Of a stretch of 57,419 bases of DNA, positions 38,663-49,668 are shown in pieces. The position numbers were made by a program, and so were the translations under genes. Location: the IMG/VR virus record IMGVR_UViG_3300025120_014373. The stretch is one strand, 5' to 3'. The DNA comes from an uncultured virus (IMG/VR IMGVR_UViG_3300025120_014373) (lineage: Duplodnaviria; Heunggongvirae; Uroviricota; Caudoviricetes). The notes beneath the pieces are model-generated. The model was not told the origin of the DNA and ran no database searches. It was given only the letters and a program-made list of their open reading frames with translations. Numbering within the stretch: position 1 is the stretch's first letter; every line of letters starts with the position of its first letter.

Positions 38663-38690
38663 TTGTTTTCCAGCAGTTTTTGCATATAAT
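38663..38690 (+). promoter_or_regulatory. Sigma70-type promoter heading the radical-SAM island
   Basis: TTGTTT-N16-TATAAT, 5 nt before ATG 38696. Confidence 0.6.
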
Positions 38691-38695
38691 ATATT

Positions 38696-39550
38696 ATGGC
38701 AACCCTTAAAGAGCTACTGACTGAAGATGCATCTAAATACATTTGTAGAATACAAATAGGTAATTTAACAATACCTTATACAAATATTAAAAAGTTTAAT
38801 TCAAATAATTTAGTTGTAGATAAACCTACCGATATTGTATTATATAACATTATTACTGATAAAGTTGATACTATTGATGTAAATTCTATAGTTAAATATA
38901 CAGTATTGCATAGAGATGATGAGAATAAAAATGAAACTGCAGAATTATCTTTGTTTAATGAATATAAAGAAATTATTAAAGATAAAAATGTATATGATAA
39001 AATTTTATATAAAGATGTAGTTAGTCATAATTTACATAAAGTATTAAATTTATTTAACTTTTCAATTAATAGTGATAATATTATAAACAACAAACCTTTT
39101 GATGAAGAAAGAGAAACTATTATATCAAGTTTTATCAAAATAATTCAAAATAAAGTCGATAAAACGTTATTAGAGTTAGATGAACTTCTAACAAAAACAG
39201 ATGATGAAGAAGATATTGAAGATATAAACAATATAAAAGAAATCTTTAATGATGTGGTAAGCGATATGGATCTTAGTGAATTAAATACTTTTACTGATTT
39301 GACTGATAACTGGCCACCGTTATTATTACCGTTACCTGATGTAATGACAAATGCTTTTAACTCCCCTACAACATTTGTAACTGAAGATACTATCGATGAA
39401 CATATACAAGTAATTGAATCTATAGAAAATATTACTGATAAAGATATGTTATCTAATTTTTTAAAAATTTTAGAAAATAATAAAAGTAAATTAACTGACT
39501 ATCATTATAATACCCTCTATAAAGCAATTAACGATAATTATATATTGTAG
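38696..39550 (+). CDS. Hypothetical acidic protein
   Basis: 284 aa; WPPLLLPLP motif. Confidence 0.65.
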   Translation: MATLKELLTEDASKYICRIQIGNLTIPYTNIKKFNSNNLVVDKPTDIVLYNIITDKVDTIDVNSIVKYTVLHRDDENKNETAELSLFNEYKEIIKDKNVYDKILYKDVVSHNLHKVLNLFNFSINSDNIINNKPFDEERETIISSFIKIIQNKVDKTLLELDELLTKTDDEEDIEDINNIKEIFNDVVSDMDLSELNTFTDLTDNWPPLLLPLPDVMTNAFNSPTTFVTEDTIDEHIQVIESIENITDKDMLSNFLKILENNKSKLTDYHYNTLYKAINDNYIL

Positions 39551-39555
39551 AGGGT

Positions 39556-40581
39556 ATGAATGTTAATAATTTAAGTATTAAAAATTTTGATGTCGATTAC
39601 GAAACAAAAAGATGTAATCGAGCGAAATTAGATACTGGATTTCACTGCAATTATAAGTGTGAATTTTGTTATTACATAGATAGGCTAGATGTTAAAACCC
39701 CATTTTCTACAATACAGCAACGTATTAATATACTTCATAAATATGGTATTTCCGAAGTAGACTTATCTGGAGGTGAAAGTTCAATACATAAAGATTGGTT
39801 TAAAATACTAGATTATTGCAATGAAAGATTTGATAATATTAGTTGTTTAAGTAATGGTTCAGTCTTTTCTAACGAAAAGTTTTTATTAAAATCAAAAAAG
39901 CATGGTCTAAAAGAAATATTATTTAGTTTACATGGTTATAATGAAGAAGTACATGATGATATAGTAGGTAGAAAAAATGGTTGGAAGAAAATACATAAAG
40001 CTATTAAACTATGTAAGAAACATGATATAAAAGTTAGGATTAATTGCACAGTATATCAAAAAAATTACAAAGGTTTAGTAGAATATGCTGATATTATAAA
40101 GGAAATACAACCATTTCAAGTTAACTTTTTAACGTTAAACTACTGGGATGCCAATAAAACATTCGAACCTATTGATGATTACGAAGGTCTTACAGATAAA
40201 ATAAAACAGTGTATTGATCTTATCGTAAATGATACAAAATATATTAATGTAAGATATACCCCTTACTGCTATATGAAGGGTTATGAAAAATATGTATGTA
40301 ATCAGTATCAACATGTGTATGATATATATGATTGGAATAAGGAAATATATGATTATGATGTAGATTTAACTAAAACATACACTGAAAAAGAAAAAATAGA
40401 TTTAGGTTATTTAAAAGCACAAGACGGTCGACTAGATGGGTGTAAGAAACCTATTAAATGTATAAGATGTAAATATTTTAACATCTGCGATGGTATTGAA
40501 CAGCAACTAGATATAGAAGTACACCCTGAAGAAGGGGAAAAAATTACTGATGTAAATTTTTATAGAAAAGATTTTTATTAA
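39556..40581 (+). CDS. Radical SAM protein with C-terminal Cys cluster (SPASM-like)
   Basis: CNYKCEFC, SGGE, SNG, SLHG...HD; C-terminal CIRCKYFNICDG. Confidence 0.9.
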   Translation: MNVNNLSIKNFDVDYETKRCNRAKLDTGFHCNYKCEFCYYIDRLDVKTPFSTIQQRINILHKYGISEVDLSGGESSIHKDWFKILDYCNERFDNISCLSNGSVFSNEKFLLKSKKHGLKEILFSLHGYNEEVHDDIVGRKNGWKKIHKAIKLCKKHDIKVRINCTVYQKNYKGLVEYADIIKEIQPFQVNFLTLNYWDANKTFEPIDDYEGLTDKIKQCIDLIVNDTKYINVRYTPYCYMKGYEKYVCNQYQHVYDIYDWNKEIYDYDVDLTKTYTEKEKIDLGYLKAQDGRLDGCKKPIKCIRCKYFNICDGIEQQLDIEVHPEEGEKITDVNFYRKDFY

Positions 40582-41481
40582 ATGAATATACAAAAATGCG
40601 GCTATAAAGATTTTAAGCTACATACACTACAATGGTTCATGATAGATGTATGTAATATGAAATGTAGTTATTGCATCGAGGGTTTCGGTAATAATGAATA
40701 TTTAAAAAAATGTGATTTTAATAAAAATAAAACAAAACAAGAATCATATAAAAAGGTCTTAAAATTACTAAATCTCAAAAAAGTTCCTAAGTTTAATATA
40801 GAATTATTAGGAGGAGAACCAACGCTACATCCTAAGTTTAATTATATTCTCGACTCATTGGTTGAAATTAATCAGTGTGATAAAATAGAAATAATGACTA
40901 ATTTAAAAAATGCTAAACGTATATTTGAAAATGTTAAACCGGTTAATAAAATTTTAATAAACCCTTCTATACATTTTGAATCATATGATGAAAATTCAAT
41001 TCAAAGTAATATAAAAAATTTAATAGATAGAGGCTTTAGACTGACCCCTACAGTTATGCTGCATGATAAAAGTCAATACTGGGATAAGATGGAAGAATTT
41101 TTTAACTTTTGTTTAGATAACAATATAAAATACGATGTTTCATATCTTTATGATACCGGGTTTGGTTATAGGTCAAAATATAGTGAAGAGTTTTATAGCA
41201 TATTTAAAAAATATATAAAAAATGATGATAGAACCTGGCCGTTTCAAGTTGATGGTGTTCAAGGTAACTATAGTTATGATGATATTATTACCAATAAAAT
41301 GTCTAATTTAAAAGGTATTAATTGTAAACCTCTAAGGTGGGTTATCGACTATAAGGGTGGTATATATAATGCGTGTTCTAAAATGCCATTCATCTTATAC
41401 ATGAACAAAGAAACATCAATAAAGTGTCCTTTTGGTACTTGTGGGTGTGATATACAGTGGGATTATGAAAAGCATTTTTAA
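40582..41481 (+). CDS. Radical SAM protein (Twitch/SPASM-like tail)
   Basis: CNMKCSYC, LGGEPTLHP, MTN, SIH; C...G.IYNAC...CP...CGC. Confidence 0.9.
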   Translation: MNIQKCGYKDFKLHTLQWFMIDVCNMKCSYCIEGFGNNEYLKKCDFNKNKTKQESYKKVLKLLNLKKVPKFNIELLGGEPTLHPKFNYILDSLVEINQCDKIEIMTNLKNAKRIFENVKPVNKILINPSIHFESYDENSIQSNIKNLIDRGFRLTPTVMLHDKSQYWDKMEEFFNFCLDNNIKYDVSYLYDTGFGYRSKYSEEFYSIFKKYIKNDDRTWPFQVDGVQGNYSYDDIITNKMSNLKGINCKPLRWVIDYKGGIYNACSKMPFILYMNKETSIKCPFGTCGCDIQWDYEKHF

Positions 41482-42430
41482 ATTAAATAAAAATTATGAT
41501 ATATTCTTATCTCTTACTTGGGAAAATGGTCATGAACATGGGATTAGCGGCCACATATATGAGATCATAGATTATTTTTATATTTTAAATAAAACATTTA
41601 AAGTTGGTATTTTTTTTGGAGAAAGTATTAATAACTGGTCTGAATTTAAAAAATTAATTTTACAAAAATATAATTTTAGTGATTTAGAATTAAAAGATTA
41701 TAAAAATAATACATTTTATTATAATAGACCAGAAATTATAACTGGAAAGAATATATTATTTGTCGATGGTGCGTTGAAGGCTAGATTTGTCAATAATGGT
41801 ACTATATTAAATTTTAAAAATATATTATCATTTAAATGTTCAAACCATTGCAATCATACACTTTTTGATATACCATATAAAGTACAACTATTATCGGACT
41901 TAAGAGTATATTCAGAAATAATACCTGAAGAAAATAAAATAGCATTACATTATATTAAAAAAATATTGTTTGAAAAATACAAACAAATTGATAAATGTAA
42001 AGTTAATAAAACGGCAATGTTATATATAACCTCTAATTGTAGATATATAACTGATAAACTATTAACTGATATAACTAATAGATATAATTTTGAAAAATAT
42101 ATAGTAATTACCAATAAACCTGAAAAGTATATTAATTATAGAGATGGACGGGTTGAATTTATAAAGCCTGGTATTGATAAACTATTTGAAAAATTTAATA
42201 CCTATATATACACTCCAATAGATGGTAAATTTGACTGCAGTCCTAGATTAATAGCAGAGTGTAAATATTATAATAAAGATGTTATTTATCATAATATAGA
42301 TAATGAATATTTAAAAATTGATAGCGGTTTAAGAGTACGTAGAAGTGATGTTGATACTAATTTTAAAACATTATTTTTAAATAATAAAGACCCAATCGTA
42401 GGAATACTAAATGAAACAATACATAGATAA
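41465..42430 (+). CDS. Hypothetical protein, possibly GT-B glycosyltransferase-like (start likely 41465)
   Basis: HGISGH near the N-terminus; FDCSPRLIAEC resembles the GT-B donor-binding motif. Confidence 0.45.
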   Translation: MKSIFKLNKNYDIFLSLTWENGHEHGISGHIYEIIDYFYILNKTFKVGIFFGESINNWSEFKKLILQKYNFSDLELKDYKNNTFYYNRPEIITGKNILFVDGALKARFVNNGTILNFKNILSFKCSNHCNHTLFDIPYKVQLLSDLRVYSEIIPEENKIALHYIKKILFEKYKQIDKCKVNKTAMLYITSNCRYITDKLLTDITNRYNFEKYIVITNKPEKYINYRDGRVEFIKPGIDKLFEKFNTYIYTPIDGKFDCSPRLIAECKYYNKDVIYHNIDNEYLKIDSGLRVRRSDVDTNFKTLFLNNKDPIVGILNETIHR

Positions 42431-43436
42431 AATAAAATCATTTGAATTAATAAAAAATGATGATTGGTTCGACTACGATTTAAAAATTACTTTAAAACCT
42501 AGTTTTAAGTGTAACCATAAATGTTGGTTTTGTGGGGAATATGATAATAATACTAAAACGTGGACTAAAGATCAATGTGATGAAGTCTTATCTAAGTTAA
42601 AAGAAATACCAAAAAGTAAGAAAAAAATATTTTTTTATTTCTACGGGGGAGAACCTACATTAAGTAAATTTTGGGAATATTTAAACTATGAAATTGTAAA
42701 ATTATTTCCAGATAAAGAGCTTTTTTTACAAACTCATACAAACTTAAGTTTACCAGTTAGAAGATTAGAAAAATTTTTAATTAATATTCATAAATTAAAA
42801 AATAGTAACCATACAATAGATATATGTAATAGTTATCATATTGGTAAACAACAAGTTACTGAGTATATTAAGAAAATGGATATATGTGACAAATACAATA
42901 GTCTAGGTTTTTGTTTTTTCAGTACTGAAATACCTAAAAAAGAACAAATGTTAGATGAAATGGGTCAAATTATACAATCACATCCAACCAAACTTAAAAT
43001 GAAATTTACTGAAATAGAAAATTTGGCTTTAAAACCTAGTAGTGGTTATGAAGAATATGTAAAAGATATAGAACTAGTTGGTGATGATAACGGTAAAAGT
43101 TTAGAGTATCGATACTGGATGAAATACTATCCTCAATTTGAAAAATACTTCGAGGAAAGTTGGAATTTTCTTATAAACGGTAAATTAAAACTAAATTATT
43201 CTCATGTTAAAGGTAATAACGTACATAAAAAATTTAGATTCATGAAATGTGAAAGTGGTAAAAAAAATATAATTATAAACTACGATATGAGAGTGTTTAG
43301 ATGTAACGATTATAGTTATAAAAATTTAAAATCTATTAACCTATCTGATTTAAATTTTGAACAATATTTAGATACATGTGAAAGATGCGTTATAACTTCA
43401 TGTTGCGATGGACTGGACCATAAAAAGACGTTATGA
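42411..43436 (+). CDS. Radical SAM protein (Twitch/SPASM-like tail)
   Basis: CNHKCWFC, YGGEPTL, HTN, SYH; CESG...RC...C....CCDGLD. Confidence 0.9.
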   Translation: MKQYIDKIKSFELIKNDDWFDYDLKITLKPSFKCNHKCWFCGEYDNNTKTWTKDQCDEVLSKLKEIPKSKKKIFFYFYGGEPTLSKFWEYLNYEIVKLFPDKELFLQTHTNLSLPVRRLEKFLINIHKLKNSNHTIDICNSYHIGKQQVTEYIKKMDICDKYNSLGFCFFSTEIPKKEQMLDEMGQIIQSHPTKLKMKFTEIENLALKPSSGYEEYVKDIELVGDDNGKSLEYRYWMKYYPQFEKYFEESWNFLINGKLKLNYSHVKGNNVHKKFRFMKCESGKKNIIINYDMRVFRCNDYSYKNLKSINLSDLNFEQYLDTCERCVITSCCDGLDHKKTL

Positions 43437-44095
43437 AATTATCTATATTAATATTAACCCACAATCGACCTAAATTATTTAAAAGGTGTATTGATAGTGT
43501 TATAAAAAATCTACCAGATTTTGATATAGAAATACTTGTAAATAACGATAGTAACGATATAGAAGAAGTTTATAGCGAAAATATAACTATAAAATATTTT
43601 TATAAAAAATATAAAGAATTAGGTGAAACATATAGATTTTTATATTTAGAAAGTAAAGGGGAATATATATTTTTCTTAGAAGATGATGATTATATTTTAC
43701 CTGCTTTTTTTAAACATATAAAACTTAAACAAGATCTGTATATATCAAATTATATATCTAAACCTCTACAAAAAACTTATAATTTTAAAACTGTATTTAA
43801 AGAAATAGATTGTACATTATATTACAAAGATAGTTTAAATTTTAAAGAATATATCTCACTATATAACCCAAGATATTTTCAATTAACTCAGATAGTTTTC
43901 CGGAAAAGTTCTGCAATAAATTTCTTTAAGAGTAATTTTAAATCGACTTTAGATTTTGATTATAATTTATTTAAAAGTTTAAAAATTGATACATTTAAAT
44001 GTATAAAATCACCCATATGGGTTCAAACTAATGATGGTGAAGATAATTTAAGTTTTTCTGAATTAAATACAGATAAAAGGTACCCTATAAAATGA
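43433..44095 (+). CDS. Glycosyltransferase family 2
   Basis: LSILILTHNRP, VNND, GEYIFFLEDDD. Confidence 0.88.
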   Translation: MKLSILILTHNRPKLFKRCIDSVIKNLPDFDIEILVNNDSNDIEEVYSENITIKYFYKKYKELGETYRFLYLESKGEYIFFLEDDDYILPAFFKHIKLKQDLYISNYISKPLQKTYNFKTVFKEIDCTLYYKDSLNFKEYISLYNPRYFQLTQIVFRKSSAINFFKSNFKSTLDFDYNLFKSLKIDTFKCIKSPIWVQTNDGEDNLSFSELNTDKRYPIK

Positions 44096-45027
44096 AAACT
44101 ACACCAATACCACAAGCTCAAGTTTTTTTAAATAACACCTGTTCATTAAAGTGTAATTTTTGTATGAATAAACATATAAAAAATGAATCTTCTGATTACC
44201 CATGGCCATGGGAAAATAAAGATGATAATTTAAAGGTAGGTAGAATAAATGATATAAAAAAATATATAGACTATCTAATTGAAATGGGTGTCAGGAGAAT
44301 AGAATTAGGTACAACTATCGGTGAACCATTAGAACATGATATAGATGATTTGAATGAAATTTTTAGGTATTTAGAAATTAACCCAGACATAGAAAGTTAT
44401 TTTTTCTATACAAATTTAACCCAATTGAAAGATAAACATATTGAAATTTTTGACCAGTATAAAAAATTACAGATAAAAATTAGTTGTTATGGTTTAACTT
44501 CAAAACAGTTTAAACAACAGACTGGTTATGAATTATGGTACAAATTTAAAACTAATCTTAAAAAATTGGTAACAGTTAAACGTAAAATGAAAATTTTACT
44601 AGCACTACGCGCGCCAATTAAAAATGATGAACAGCAACTTAACTGGTTAAAATTAAAAGCTATTAGTATTAAGTCTCATCATGATGTAGTATTTGAAGAA
44701 ACTGCTATACATTTTAATTGGAAACATACAATTGATTTTAAGAAAATTAAAAACCAAAAACCTAACCAACATAAAGGACACTGTGGTATGATATACACTG
44801 ATTGTGGTATTTTAGGCAACGGAGATTTTACTATTTGCGCATGGTTAGATGTCTACGGAGATGGTAAAGTTGGTAACGTGTTTAAAGATGCACCTAAAGA
44901 GATGCTACAACTACGACAAAAGATAATAGACGATCAAAATAATGGTATATTTAACAATATATGTAAATATTGTAAATTTTATGTACCTGCTAATATAGGA
45001 AAGGCTGATCAAGCTGGTACTATATAA
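44092..45027 (+). CDS. Radical SAM/SPASM protein
   Basis: CSLKCNFC, IGEP, YTN; C...GNGDFTIC..D...GNV...CKYC. Confidence 0.88.
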   Translation: MKTTPIPQAQVFLNNTCSLKCNFCMNKHIKNESSDYPWPWENKDDNLKVGRINDIKKYIDYLIEMGVRRIELGTTIGEPLEHDIDDLNEIFRYLEINPDIESYFFYTNLTQLKDKHIEIFDQYKKLQIKISCYGLTSKQFKQQTGYELWYKFKTNLKKLVTVKRKMKILLALRAPIKNDEQQLNWLKLKAISIKSHHDVVFEETAIHFNWKHTIDFKKIKNQKPNQHKGHCGMIYTDCGILGNGDFTICAWLDVYGDGKVGNVFKDAPKEMLQLRQKIIDDQNNGIFNNICKYCKFYVPANIGKADQAGTI

Positions 45028-45047
45028 TAAATTAATTAAATACATAA

Positions 45048-46145
45048 ATGTTTGATACCATAACAGCTGCGGGTAACACAAACTATAAATTACTAACTTT
45101 TTCTTGGGATATTATAGATGTATGCAACTATAAATGTAGCTATTGTAGTGCAAAAGCTTTTAATAAGCATACATTTAAAAAAATAAAAGATAAAAAAGCT
45201 ACATGGCAGAATGTAATAAAAATATTGTCTCTTAAAAAAATAAAAATACCATTTACTGTTGAATTACTCGGCGGTGAGCCGACTTTACACCCGGATATAT
45301 ATGAAATAGTTAAAGAATTATGTGCTATAGATAATTGTATTCAAGTTGAAATAACAACTAATCTATCAAAAAGTATAGATTTTTTTAAACAATTTGATAA
45401 ACCTGAAACTGATAAAGTTGATATAGTTGCTTCATACCATCCAGAATATTTTACACCAAAATTTATTGATAAATTAATTGAAATAGACAAATGTAAACAT
45501 TTAACTATTACCCCTCTTATAAATTTATTTCATGAAAAAGAATATTGGCAATCTACTTTAGATTTAGTCAATACATTAAAGAATAATAAAATTAATTTTG
45601 CTGGTAATTTATTATATGAATTTGAAGGTAATGACTTTACTCCAAAATATACTAAAGAATTTTGGGACATTTTTGAACCTATTTTTTATAACAATCCTTT
45701 AGATGAAAGTATGTATATAGAAGGAAGTAATAAATTAACAAACGATAATATAGATAAATATTTTAACGAAAAACTAGTTAACTACGATCAAAATTTTTTA
45801 ATAAATCATCGAAAGTTAATAAAAGAAGAAAAGTATAAAAATAATAACTCAGTTATAATTAATCGAGCTCGTATATTCAGAGGCGATATTAATGGTAAAT
45901 CAGTAAATAAAACATTAACAGATGCTGATATTTATAAACATAAATTGTATCAGTATGAAGGTTGGGATTGCAGACCGTTAATGTGGAAGATCAATATGAA
46001 TGGTACTATTCAAAATTCATGTACCGGTAAACTAATACAGTTAATGGAGATAGATAATAATAATCTGACTAGCTGTGTTACATGTCCGTTAAAATATTGT
46101 GATTGTAATACCAAATATCAGTATGTAAAAAGAAAAAAATCATGA
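45048..46145 (+). CDS. Radical SAM protein, paralog-like to 40582
   Basis: CNYKCSYC, LGGEPTLHP, TTN, SYH; CRPL.W.I...G...SC...CP...CDC; ATTAAATA 5 nt upstream. Confidence 0.9.
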   Translation: MFDTITAAGNTNYKLLTFSWDIIDVCNYKCSYCSAKAFNKHTFKKIKDKKATWQNVIKILSLKKIKIPFTVELLGGEPTLHPDIYEIVKELCAIDNCIQVEITTNLSKSIDFFKQFDKPETDKVDIVASYHPEYFTPKFIDKLIEIDKCKHLTITPLINLFHEKEYWQSTLDLVNTLKNNKINFAGNLLYEFEGNDFTPKYTKEFWDIFEPIFYNNPLDESMYIEGSNKLTNDNIDKYFNEKLVNYDQNFLINHRKLIKEEKYKNNNSVIINRARIFRGDINGKSVNKTLTDADIYKHKLYQYEGWDCRPLMWKINMNGTIQNSCTGKLIQLMEIDNNNLTSCVTCPLKYCDCNTKYQYVKRKKS

Positions 46146-46972
46146 TACCAAGTTGGGATAAAAAATACATCGAGCTGTCAATTACAGCTAAATGTAATAT
46201 GGCTTGCCATAACTGCGATGCTATGATTAGACAAGCTCCTAAAATGGATAATACCATGACGATTGAACAAATAACTAGTTTTATAGATGAATCTTTAGAA
46301 AATAATATAAAATGGGAAATTATAGTTCTTACTGGTGGTGAGCCTTTACTTCATCCAAATATACAACAAATAATTAGAATGTTAAATAAAGCATTTTTTA
46401 AGAATGGTGTAATATATAAAGGTGATTATAACCATACTACTTATTTTCATGAACATATAGAGAATTATATTAAAGAGGGGTTAGTAGTATTAACTAACGG
46501 TAAACAAAAAAATAAATTAATAAATTTACAACATACATCCCATTTAATTAATCTCCTAAGCACTCATAAAAAAGATAATAATCAATTATTTTACCCTATT
46601 AATATTGCACCGATAGATAATATTAATTATAAGGCAAATAAAAATAAAGAATATGCCCGTGTTCATAAAAAATGTCAATGTGCTCAACCTTGTTTAACAA
46701 AACATGGTTATTATCCGTGTACAACTGGTGCTGCTATTGATAAAGTATTCGGTATGGATACTGGTATTAAAAATATTAAAGACATTAATGATGATGCGGT
46801 ATATAAACAATTTGAAGATTTATGTAAATATTGTGGTTACTTTAACGAAATCGCACCATTTGAAGTCCCAGAGGAACATGTTAAATATACAGATAAGACA
46901 ACTCTTTCACCAACATGGAAAAAGAAGTTAATTGAATATAAAATAAACAAACCTGACTTAACTGATTATAAA
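46142..46972 (+). CDS. Radical SAM protein
   Basis: CNMACHNC, TGGEPLLHP, TNG; GYYPC...CKYCG. Confidence 0.88.
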
Positions 46973-47901
46973 TGAAAAATATAATATATACATGTTTCTC
47001 ATGCCCAGATGATAAGCGTCCTAAATTTTTAGACTTACATGTAGATCTAATAAAAACGTATGCAAAAAAATGCAAATGCGATTTTAAAATAATGGATGTC
47101 GATAAAAATTATAATCCTCCAGTTTTTACCGTATACGAGGCTTATAAAGAATTTGCAGAATCTAATTATGATAAAATGTTATATATTGATTGGGATGTTT
47201 TAATATCTTTAAAAAGTGATAATATATTCGATAGTTATAATAAAGATAAATTTACTGCATATAAATGGAAAACAGGGTTTACCGATAAACATATTATTAT
47301 TGATACTATGTCTGATTTTAATGAATATGTATCTACCCCGGGTCTAGACGGAAAGGATAATCTACTGCTACCTGAATTTATAAAAAAAATATGTGGTAGG
47401 GATGTTAGTTTAAATTTTTTAAGGTATTATGTAAATGATGCAATATCTGGAGGAGTTATGATGTTTGATAGAGAGACTATGAATACCTTCTTGTATAATG
47501 GTCATATAACATGGGAAGAAATATATGATAAAATAACTTTTCTTAGAGAAGTACAGGATTTAGAACATAATAAACTATTAAATGCAGGTGGAGTTTTATC
47601 TCATTTTGCTATTAATTATCTATTATATATTAATGATATTAAAGTAACTGCTTTAGATAAAAAATGGAATACAAATAGCGTAACTGGTAAAATGATGCCA
47701 GATGAGTTCTTCTATAATTTTAATTGTGGGGGCGACGAATTAATAACAGGTAATGATTTTAATGAAAAAAATAATGCAGCCCTAAAGTATGTTATTAACA
47801 ATAGGTCTTCCTTTTTTAATACGAAAGAAAAATTTACAAACTTTATAAAAAAATATAATGCAACTGATATAATTAAAAGTAAAGGTAATAATGGAAAATG
47901 A
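46972..47901 (+). CDS. GT-A fold glycosyltransferase-like protein
   Basis: YDKMLYIDWDV (DxD), SGGVMMF, LDKKWN. Confidence 0.65.
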   Translation: MKNIIYTCFSCPDDKRPKFLDLHVDLIKTYAKKCKCDFKIMDVDKNYNPPVFTVYEAYKEFAESNYDKMLYIDWDVLISLKSDNIFDSYNKDKFTAYKWKTGFTDKHIIIDTMSDFNEYVSTPGLDGKDNLLLPEFIKKICGRDVSLNFLRYYVNDAISGGVMMFDRETMNTFLYNGHITWEEIYDKITFLREVQDLEHNKLLNAGGVLSHFAINYLLYINDIKVTALDKKWNTNSVTGKMMPDEFFYNFNCGGDELITGNDFNEKNNAALKYVINNRSSFFNTKEKFTNFIKKYNATDIIKSKGNNGK

Positions 47902-48580
47902 TATAATAAAACTATCATATGAAAATGATCTTTCTCATATACCATCTGCTCTTAGTATGTTAAACTACTTAGATAGGTTGTATTATAATAAAATTTTATC
48001 TAAACAAAATCATACAGTTATAGGTAAACCTCATGGGGCTCAATCGTATTTTTATATATGGAAAAAATATGGATTAATTAATGATTACAACAATATATCT
48101 ACGTCATTAAAAAATAATGATGTAGATTTTTTAGATTTTTCGATAGACATACTTGGTGATGCATTAGGTATAGGTTCAGGTATTGCTCATGTTAGTGATA
48201 AGCATGTATGGGTTAATATAGGTGATGGTGTATTGCAAATGGGTAATACATTAGAGGCTATACAATATATCGGTACTAAACAAATAAAAAATATATTATG
48301 TACTGTAGACTTCAATAAATCCCAACGATGTGGTAATTTATTGATAGATATTGAACCAGTAATAAATTTTTGTAAAGAGTATAACTGGAATGTATATCGC
48401 TGCAACGGACATGATAACGATGAAATCGACTCTATACTAAATAAACTTAAATTTAATAAACCTACAATTATATTTTTCGATACTATTAAAGGACATGGAG
48501 TAGATTTTATGCAAAAAAATATAAAAGAATGGCATTATAAAAAAATAGATGAGAAATACTATAGACAGATTTTTGGGTAA
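47891..48580 (+). CDS. Transketolase-like, N-terminal TPP-binding subunit
   Basis: SH..SALS, GKPH, GDG...GN..EA...DFN, NGHD, TIKGHG, WHY. Confidence 0.85.
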   Translation: MENDIIKLSYENDLSHIPSALSMLNYLDRLYYNKILSKQNHTVIGKPHGAQSYFYIWKKYGLINDYNNISTSLKNNDVDFLDFSIDILGDALGIGSGIAHVSDKHVWVNIGDGVLQMGNTLEAIQYIGTKQIKNILCTVDFNKSQRCGNLLIDIEPVINFCKEYNWNVYRCNGHDNDEIDSILNKLKFNKPTIIFFDTIKGHGVDFMQKNIKEWHYKKIDEKYYRQIFG

Positions 48581-49037
48581 ACTACATAATAAGGATATCT
48601 ACTTAATACATGGTGATATGTGGCATTTTGATTATTTTAAAAATAGAATGCCAAATAATGTCATTGACTGCGGTATTCAAGAACCTAATATTGTAAATAT
48701 AGCATGTGGTATTGCTAGTCAAGGTAAAACAGTTTTTATATATGGTGTATCGGGTATGATATTGCATAGAGCATATGAGCAAATTAAACTAAATGTTAAA
48801 AGTTGGGCTGAATATAAAGGTAAGATTATTTTTATAAATTCTGGACATAATGGTTGTTATACTGACGCTGGTAGAGGTCATTTAATTGATGATGATATTG
48901 CTCTTTGCAAAGCTTTAAATATAAAAACTCATACACCTAGTACCAGAGGTGGTTTAATAAGGTATATAAAAAATAAATTAAAAGATAAAACTGGTACATG
49001 TTTTATTAGACTAGGGTGGGATAATTGTGAATGGTAA
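48549..49037 (+). CDS. Transketolase-like, pyrimidine-binding subunit (no C-terminal domain)
   Basis: GIQEPN...ACG, RAYEQIK, G.GH...D, FIRL. Confidence 0.82.
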   Translation: MRNTIDRFLGKLHNKDIYLIHGDMWHFDYFKNRMPNNVIDCGIQEPNIVNIACGIASQGKTVFIYGVSGMILHRAYEQIKLNVKSWAEYKGKIIFINSGHNGCYTDAGRGHLIDDDIALCKALNIKTHTPSTRGGLIRYIKNKLKDKTGTCFIRLGWDNCEW

Positions 49038-49653
49038 AAAAATTTTATTAACCGGTAGTAACGGGTTTTTAGGTAAACATTTATATAAAGCTTTATCAAT
49101 TCATAATGATGTTATTGAATATAATAAAGATGTAAGATTACCAATTACAGATAATTTAGATATTGATACAATCATTCATTTAGCATCTCCTACTGATTTT
49201 GAAGACTTAAAAGATAATAATAAAGTAGTTACTACTATTATTGATGGTACTTGTAATATGTTAAATCTAGCAAATAAAACAAAAAGTAAGTTTATATTTG
49301 CTAGCACTATGGGTATATACGAAAAGGATACTAGATATGCATATGGTAATTGTAAATTAGCTATGGAAAATTATATTACTAGTACTAATCACAATTATGT
49401 AATATTACGAATACCTCGGGTGTATCATAAAAGTAAGATAAAAGGTTTAATGAAACGGTTAAGAAGGGGTATGATTAACTCTGCAGATTTAAATAATACT
49501 GTTAATTTTATATATATAGATGATTTTTTAGACCAGACCATTAAATGTATTGATGATACTAATATAGTTTATGAATATATTAATATAAAGACAGATACAA
49601 TAAAAAATATATCACATATGTGTGATATAAGTATTGAAATTCCTGAAATATAA
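49027..49653 (+). CDS. NAD-dependent epimerase/dehydratase (short SDR)
   Basis: TGSNGFLG, HLAS, FAST, YGNCK. Confidence 0.85.
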   Translation: MNGKKILLTGSNGFLGKHLYKALSIHNDVIEYNKDVRLPITDNLDIDTIIHLASPTDFEDLKDNNKVVTTIIDGTCNMLNLANKTKSKFIFASTMGIYEKDTRYAYGNCKLAMENYITSTNHNYVILRIPRVYHKSKIKGLMKRLRRGMINSADLNNTVNFIYIDDFLDQTIKCIDDTNIVYEYINIKTDTIKNISHMCDISIEIPEI

Positions 49654-49661
49654 TATATAAT
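49634..49661 (+). promoter_or_regulatory. Internal sigma70-type promoter
   Basis: TTGAAA-N16-TATAAT, 7 nt before GTG 49669. Confidence 0.65.
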
Positions 49662-49668
49662 TAATATT

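Noticed and set aside
39556..46972. One of the radical SAM genes as QueE to complete the preQ0 pathway
   Set aside because: None shows QueE hallmarks (N-terminal E.F.S.QGEG, F.R..GC, C-terminal Q.HK); all have Cys-rich SPASM/Twitch-like tails.
5561..48405. Short antisense or out-of-frame ORFs nested in recognised genes (e.g. 5561, 6035, 8148, 8260, 10659, 13741, 14693, 15077, 18396, 18698, 21141, 26283, 29383, 31300, 32311, 33138, 35879, 37821, 38289, 38500, 46704, 46881, 47712, 48187)
   Set aside because: They overlap well-supported genes and show no motifs or promoter geometry of their own.
47891..49037. Transketolase as a pentose-phosphate auxiliary metabolic gene
   Set aside because: The split, shortened form embedded among NDP-sugar enzymes fits sugar chain extension or branching better.
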